DNA of 64,000 nucleotides from Thermoplasmata archaeon (GTDB lineage: Archaea > Thermoplasmatota > Thermoplasmata > Lutacidiplasmatales > UBA184), in NCBI GenBank assembly GCA_021817245.1, contig JAKAVQ010000001.1:212265-276264 (forward strand). The letters run 5' to 3'. The notes beneath the pieces are model-generated. The model did not search any database and was not told the DNA's origin. It saw only the letters and a list, made by a program, of their open reading frames with translations. The position numbers were made by a program, and so were the translations under genes. Every line of letters starts with the position of its first letter. Position 1 is the stretch's first letter. Positions 60,288-64,000 of this stretch are shown piece by piece.

Positions 60288-60748
60288 CGCGCCGATCGCC
60301 CGTCGATGCCGGCCTGGGAGAACACGTAGCGGACCGGGACCCGTCGGGTCCCGTGGGTCCAATAGTCGCAGCGGGTGCAGCGCTGGCCCAGGGTCACGGT
60401 GTCGCCGGTGAGCGTCCGATTCTTGATCGGGTGCAGCTCCGAGGCACAGACCGGGCAGCGTTCGAGGGGCCGCGGGTCGTCCCGCTCGGTGTAGCGCACG
60501 CTCAGCCGAACGCCGGGGACGTCGATCAGCAGACGACGGAGTCGGGCCCCTCCCAGCGCCGCGAGCGGTTCGTCCCGGCGGATCTGACGGAGCAGCGCAT
60601 CCAGGAACGCCGTCTGCGAAGAGAACGTCGCCTTGCTTCCACGAACGACCCGGCGCGCGGCCCGCTGGACGAGCTCGGCGGCCGGACGGCGGAACTTCAC
60701 CGACCCGGTGACCTTATCCGGCACGGCCGTGGCCCCCTTCTCGGGCAC
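60284..60748 (-). CDS. hypothetical protein with C-terminal Zn ribbon
   Basis: …RCPVCASELHPIKNRTLTGDTVTLGQRCTRCDYW…. Overlaps the upstream AAA+ gene's 3' end by ~35 nt (possibly a later GTG start). Confidence 0.45.
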   Translation of the reverse strand: MPEKGATAVPDKVTGSVKFRRPAAELVQRAARRVVRGSKATFSSQTAFLDALLRQIRRDEPLAALGGARLRRLLIDVPGVRLSVRYTERDDPRPLERCPVCASELHPIKNRTLTGDTVTLGQRCTRCDYWTHGTRRVPVRYVFSQAGIDGRSAR

Positions 60749-62165
60749 GGATCTCCTCCTCGTAGAACCGGCGGGCGAGGTCGACCTCGAGCTTCCCGAT
60801 CGTGAGCGCGGAGGACGCGGGTTCCTCGAAGTAGCGGAGCAGGGCGGCGGCCGCGGCGAGTCGGACCGCGCGGAGCTTGAGGCGGGGGGAGAACTTCGGG
60901 AAGTTGGTCTTCGATAGCGCGCGCTCCGAGACCTCCCTCAGGCGGTCGTAGAGGTTCCGGTCGAGACGCACGGGCCGTGCGCGAAACTTCCCGGAGAGGA
61001 GCGGATGGCCGGTCTCGATCGCGTGGACCAGGGTCAGGTGGTCCCGGATCGCGGCGGCAAGGGCGAACTCGAGCTCGCCCAGCTCCAGCCGCTCGGCGCT
61101 CGCCTCGACCGCGCGGAACCGCGCGCGGGTCATCGGGTGGAAGCGCAGCAGCATGCGGTCCTCGAGGGCGGCGAAGTTGGGGTCGCCGATCGTAGTCCAA
61201 TAGTCCTGCGCGCCCGAGACACGGACGTTGTAGTTCACCGAGAAGAAGGAGCGGAAAGTGTAGGGGCCGACCGTGCCGAGGGTGGTCTCCCACTTCACCT
61301 CCCGCTGCTCCATGACGAGCTTGAGCGGCTCGACCATCCCCCGATACTTGAACCAGTCATTGAACTCCGGCACGATGAAGTTGAACGTGCGCCCGGAGTA
61401 GGATGACCCGACTCGGAGGAACTGTACGGGAGTGATCCCGCCGCAGTAGCGATTGCGCCCGGGGAGTCCGTGCGCAGGGACCCCGCTCCGCGGATTCCCG
61501 CGGATCAGGTCATCGATCGAGAACGTCTTCCCGGTCCCCGGGGGCCCGAAGAGCGCCAGATGGAACCCGGTCGCGCCGGTCGTGCGCCCCGTCGGCGCGA
61601 TCATCGGGGCGTCCGCGAGCGCGTACTGCTGCAGGATCGAGATCAGCGAGTCGAAGTAGAGCTCCTCGCCGAAGAGGTCCTTGAGGTACTCGGCGAGCTT
61701 CGCGACCTGGAACGACCGGCCGAAAGCAACGGTCGGTTCGAGCCGTGCGCGCAGCACGTCCCGGAGGTGATCGAGGAACTCCGAGTCCATCGAGCGGATC
61801 TCGGCCCGCTCGTCGGGGACGGGCATCACGGGTCCAGGTTCCGGGCTTTCGGACCGCTCGGCCTCGTCCAGCAGGAGCCGGAGGAGTTCCTCGGGGTACG
61901 GCACCTGATAGGTCCGATCCCCGCTTCCGGCCGTCAGCTCGAGGAGGAGCCCCCTTCGCTTAAGGCGGGTCAGGAGGCGGGCCGGGTCCTCGAAGATCCG
62001 GTCGCGGAGGAGTCGACCGCGCAGTTCGGAGAGACGGAAGCGGGCGACCTGCTGGGCCACGCCCCGCACCGTGCGGCGGCGGTCCGAATCGCCGACGACC
62101 TGGGCAAGCACCCGCGCGATGGGAACCTCGCCCGCGCTCAGGTCGACCGACACCGGTGCGGCCAT
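60714..62165 (-). CDS. AAA+/P-loop ATPase-domain protein of unassigned family (483 aa)
   Basis: Walker A FHLALFGPPGTGKTF preceded by an N-terminal ~180-aa helical region. Start chosen at MAAPVSVDL (62165) because a TATA-like GAATATAAGG lies 25 nt upstream on the minus strand. The ORF's first 116 codons were rejected. Confidence 0.6.
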   Translation of the reverse strand: MAAPVSVDLSAGEVPIARVLAQVVGDSDRRRTVRGVAQQVARFRLSELRGRLLRDRIFEDPARLLTRLKRRGLLLELTAGSGDRTYQVPYPEELLRLLLDEAERSESPEPGPVMPVPDERAEIRSMDSEFLDHLRDVLRARLEPTVAFGRSFQVAKLAEYLKDLFGEELYFDSLISILQQYALADAPMIAPTGRTTGATGFHLALFGPPGTGKTFSIDDLIRGNPRSGVPAHGLPGRNRYCGGITPVQFLRVGSSYSGRTFNFIVPEFNDWFKYRGMVEPLKLVMEQREVKWETTLGTVGPYTFRSFFSVNYNVRVSGAQDYWTTIGDPNFAALEDRMLLRFHPMTRARFRAVEASAERLELGELEFALAAAIRDHLTLVHAIETGHPLLSGKFRARPVRLDRNLYDRLREVSERALSKTNFPKFSPRLKLRAVRLAAAAALLRYFEEPASSALTIGKLEVDLARRFYEEEIRAREGGHGRAG

Positions 62166-62188
62166 CGGCCCGGCGAGTCCGCCCACCG

Positions 62189-62199
62189 CCTTATATTCG
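62189..62199. promoter_or_regulatory. shared quasi-palindromic TATA element (CTTATATTC / GAATATAAG) ~25 nt from both divergent start codons (62165 minus, 62223 plus)
   Basis: The only AT-rich 9-mer in a 58-nt divergent intergenic region; its spacing on both strands is consistent with leaderless transcripts. Confidence 0.45.
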
Positions 62200-62222
62200 T
62201 CCCCCATCCGAGAAGGGGGACC

Positions 62223-62777
62223 GTGGTCGGGCGCAGCTTTTCCGGGTACGAACGGGAGCTCCGGACCCTGCTCGAGGGGGACCCTTCCGCGGTCCGGGCC
62301 TACGCACGGTCGCTCTCGCCGACCGAGCGGGCCGGGTTCGAGCGGCTGATCGACCTGCCGTTCCTCGTGATCCGGGGGGCCGGCTCCCTCGGCCTCGACT
62401 TGGTCGCCATGCGCTGGGGGCTTTCGTTCCCGATCGAGGTGAAGGCCTCGTCCGACGACGTGATCCGTTTCACCGCGGCGAGCGGCCGGGCGAACGCCCA
62501 GCTCGCGGCGCACCGCCGGTCGATCGCCCGGGCGGGCCTCGCGGTCCTCTACGCCTACCGCCGTCTCGGAGTGCGGTCCGAGGAAACCTGGAAGATCTTT
62601 CTCGGCAGCGACCTCCCGCCGAGCGGCCGCCTTCGGATCCTCTGCCGAGGGTTGCCTCTTGTCGGCGAGACGCGCAACGGCAACGGGATCCTGCGCTGGC
62701 AGGACGGCCAGCGGCTCTCCCAGTTCCTCGACCGGGCCCGGGTACTGATGGAACCGGACGGGAGCGTGAGCTCCTGA
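62223..62777 (+). CDS. Hjc-like (archaeal Holliday-junction resolvase / PD-(D/E)xK nuclease fold) protein with C-terminal extension
   Basis: GTG start. …SFSGYERELRTLLEG…LVIRGAGSLGLDLVAMRWGLSFPIEVKASSDD… matches the Hjc core (E…D…EVK). ~45-aa C-terminal extension. The upstream 250 codons of the ORF are Arg-rich junk. Confidence 0.55.
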   Translation: MVGRSFSGYERELRTLLEGDPSAVRAYARSLSPTERAGFERLIDLPFLVIRGAGSLGLDLVAMRWGLSFPIEVKASSDDVIRFTAASGRANAQLAAHRRSIARAGLAVLYAYRRLGVRSEETWKIFLGSDLPPSGRLRILCRGLPLVGETRNGNGILRWQDGQRLSQFLDRARVLMEPDGSVSS

Positions 62778-62800
62778 GCGTCCACGTCTCGGCGGTCGGC

Positions 62801-63907
62801 ATGGGCCGGTTCGGCAAGCGGCCGGAGGGGCTCATCGATCTCGCGACGGAGGCGGGGTCGCTCGCGCTCGAAGGCGTCGGTCGCAAACCGATCGATCTGC
62901 TGGTGGGCGCGACCATGCTCGCGCACGGGCCGCATGGCTCGGAGGCTTTCCTGCCCCGGCTGGCCGGGCGGCTGGGCCTCGAGTCGGCCTCGGGATTGCG
63001 CGTCGACTCGGCGAGCGGTACTGGAGGCATGGCGTTCCACGCCGCGGTCCTCGCGCTCGAATCCGGCCGGTTCGAACGCGCGCTCGTGGTGGCCGCGGAG
63101 AAGATGACCGACCGCCCCACGGCCGTGATCACCAAGGAGCTCTCCGCCTCGCTCCACACTAGCGAGGTCGCGGCCGGGGCGACAATGCCGGCTCTGGCGG
63201 CGCTGGTGGTCGAGCAGTACCTGGCCCGGTACAGCCTTCCGACGTCGGTCGTCGACCTCGCTACGGTCCACGGACGGGCGATGGCGGCGCGGAACCCGAC
63301 CGCCCACTTTCGTACCGCGGTGACGTCGGCAGAGGTCGCGGCGAGCCGACCGATCGCGCTCCCGCTCCGCCTCCTCCACTGCTCGGCGATCTCGGACGGC
63401 GCGACTGCCGTCGTCCTCGAGCGGGGCGTCGGTCCGGCGACCGTCCTCGGACTCGGCCAGGGCTTCGATGCGTTCCGACTCGTCGACCGGCCGGACCCTA
63501 CGACGTTCACCGCGACGCGGATCGCCGCGAAGCGCGCCTACGAGTCCGCGCACCTGACCCGCAAGGAGGTCAACGTCGCCGAGGTCCACGATGCCTTCTC
63601 CCCCTTCGGGATGATCCACATCGAGGACCTCGGGATCTGCGGGCCGGGAGAGGGGCCGGCGTGGTTCGAGAAGGGCCGCGCGAACCTCGACGGTTCGGTC
63701 CCGATCAATCCGAGCGGGGGGGTCATCGGGCGGGGCCATCCGATCGCGGCCTCCGGGCTCGCCGAGGTCGCCGAGGTCGCCCTCCAGCTGCGCGGCGAAG
63801 CGGGAGATCACACCATCGGGAGACGGCCAAAGGTGGGCGTCGCCCAGGCTTTGAGCGGGATCGGGGCGCACAACTTCGTGACGATCCTCGGCCGGGAGGC
63901 GACGTGA
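62801..63907 (+). CDS. archaeal-type thiolase (acetyl-CoA acetyltransferase family; SCP-x-like thiolase)
   Basis: …VSAVGMGRFGKRPEG… N-terminus typical of archaeal thiolases; …CSAISDGATAVVL…; C-terminal …NPSGGVIGRGHPIAASGL…. The true start may be ~30 nt upstream (no ATG there). Confidence 0.8.
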   Translation: MGRFGKRPEGLIDLATEAGSLALEGVGRKPIDLLVGATMLAHGPHGSEAFLPRLAGRLGLESASGLRVDSASGTGGMAFHAAVLALESGRFERALVVAAEKMTDRPTAVITKELSASLHTSEVAAGATMPALAALVVEQYLARYSLPTSVVDLATVHGRAMAARNPTAHFRTAVTSAEVAASRPIALPLRLLHCSAISDGATAVVLERGVGPATVLGLGQGFDAFRLVDRPDPTTFTATRIAAKRAYESAHLTRKEVNVAEVHDAFSPFGMIHIEDLGICGPGEGPAWFEKGRANLDGSVPINPSGGVIGRGHPIAASGLAEVAEVALQLRGEAGDHTIGRRPKVGVAQALSGIGAHNFVTILGREAT

Positions 63908-64000
63908 GCGCGCCAACCGTCGGGACCGTGGAGCTTTCCCGCTGCCGCTCCTGCGAGACGCGGTTCCTCCCGACCGACGGCCCGTGCCCGCACTGCGGGG
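63904..64000 (+). CDS. DUF35 (Zn-ribbon + OB-fold) thiolase-partner protein, 5' fragment running off the window
   Basis: GTG overlapping the thiolase TGA (GTGA). VSAPTVGTVELSRCRSCETRFLPTDGPCPHCG is the rubredoxin-like Zn ribbon of DUF35. Confidence 0.6.
   Translation, partial: MSAPTVGTVELSRCRSCETRFLPTDGPCPHCG

Noticed and set aside
58674-60362. 562-aa minus ORF antisense to the YVTN/PKD surface-protein gene
   Set aside because: Arg/Gly/Asp-rich, no motifs; the sense frame has a signal peptide and PKD signatures.
62207-62209. Alternative upstream ATG (MGDEYKAV…) for the AAA+ ATPase gene
   Set aside because: Using it would place the only TATA-like element inside the coding region and leave no promoter or SD. 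The downstream ATG at 62165 sits 25 nt from the TATA.
62470-63916. Two long minus ORFs antisense to the thiolase gene
   Set aside because: Arg/Ser/Pro-rich shadows; the sense frame shows thiolase catalytic motifs.
1-64000. CRISPR arrays, IS elements, integrases
   Set aside because: No regularly spaced direct repeats, no transposase/integrase-like ORFs and no terminal inverted repeats were seen. The window looks like core chromosome.

Overview
This is a roughly 70% GC archaeal chromosomal segment carrying about 59 protein-coding genes. The archaeal origin is shown by TFB next to Gar1, the S19e–PDCD5-like–L39e–L31e–eIF6 ribosomal cluster, S17e, an archaeal-type PPAT, Hjc, an F420-dependent NADP reductase and a thiolase–DUF35 pair. 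The proteins are Arg-rich and not acidic, so this is not a halophile. No rRNA, tRNA, CRISPR array or IS element was recognised. The high GC content produces many long stop-free antisense ORFs (Arg/Gly/Pro-rich); these were rejected. Genes were called on composition, motifs, Shine-Dalgarno (GGAGG) or AT-rich TATA-like context, and on frequent ATGA/GTGA stop–start overlaps.

The housekeeping content includes a DEAD-box helicase, GH15 glucoamylase, phosphoglucosamine/phosphomannomutase, PurN, PGI/PMI, a site-2 protease, a Trm11-like methyltransferase, and a Mo-hydroxylase (Cox/Xdh-type) cluster with MocA and XdhC. There are also two giant surface proteins (Kelch+PKD and YVTN+PKD) and a 1533-aa TPR protein.

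The strongest candidate for an undescribed system is a tightly coupled minus-strand operon (22177..27879). It encodes a vWA/MIDAS protein, then a divergent Arf/Sar-like small GTPase, then a 1002-aa protein with a novel N-terminal globular domain and a roughly 500-aa coiled coil. Secondary candidates are a zinc-ribbon-rich SPFH (Band_7_1-like) four-gene module (53332..56813); tandem KaiC-like ATPases, one carrying a ~600-aa disordered tail; and an AAA+ ATPase plus Zn-ribbon gene divergent from an Hjc-like nuclease, all around a single shared TATA element.

Coordinates of CDS ends follow the supplied ORF track. Internal starts were derived by residue counting. Intergenic motif coordinates are approximate (±3 nt).
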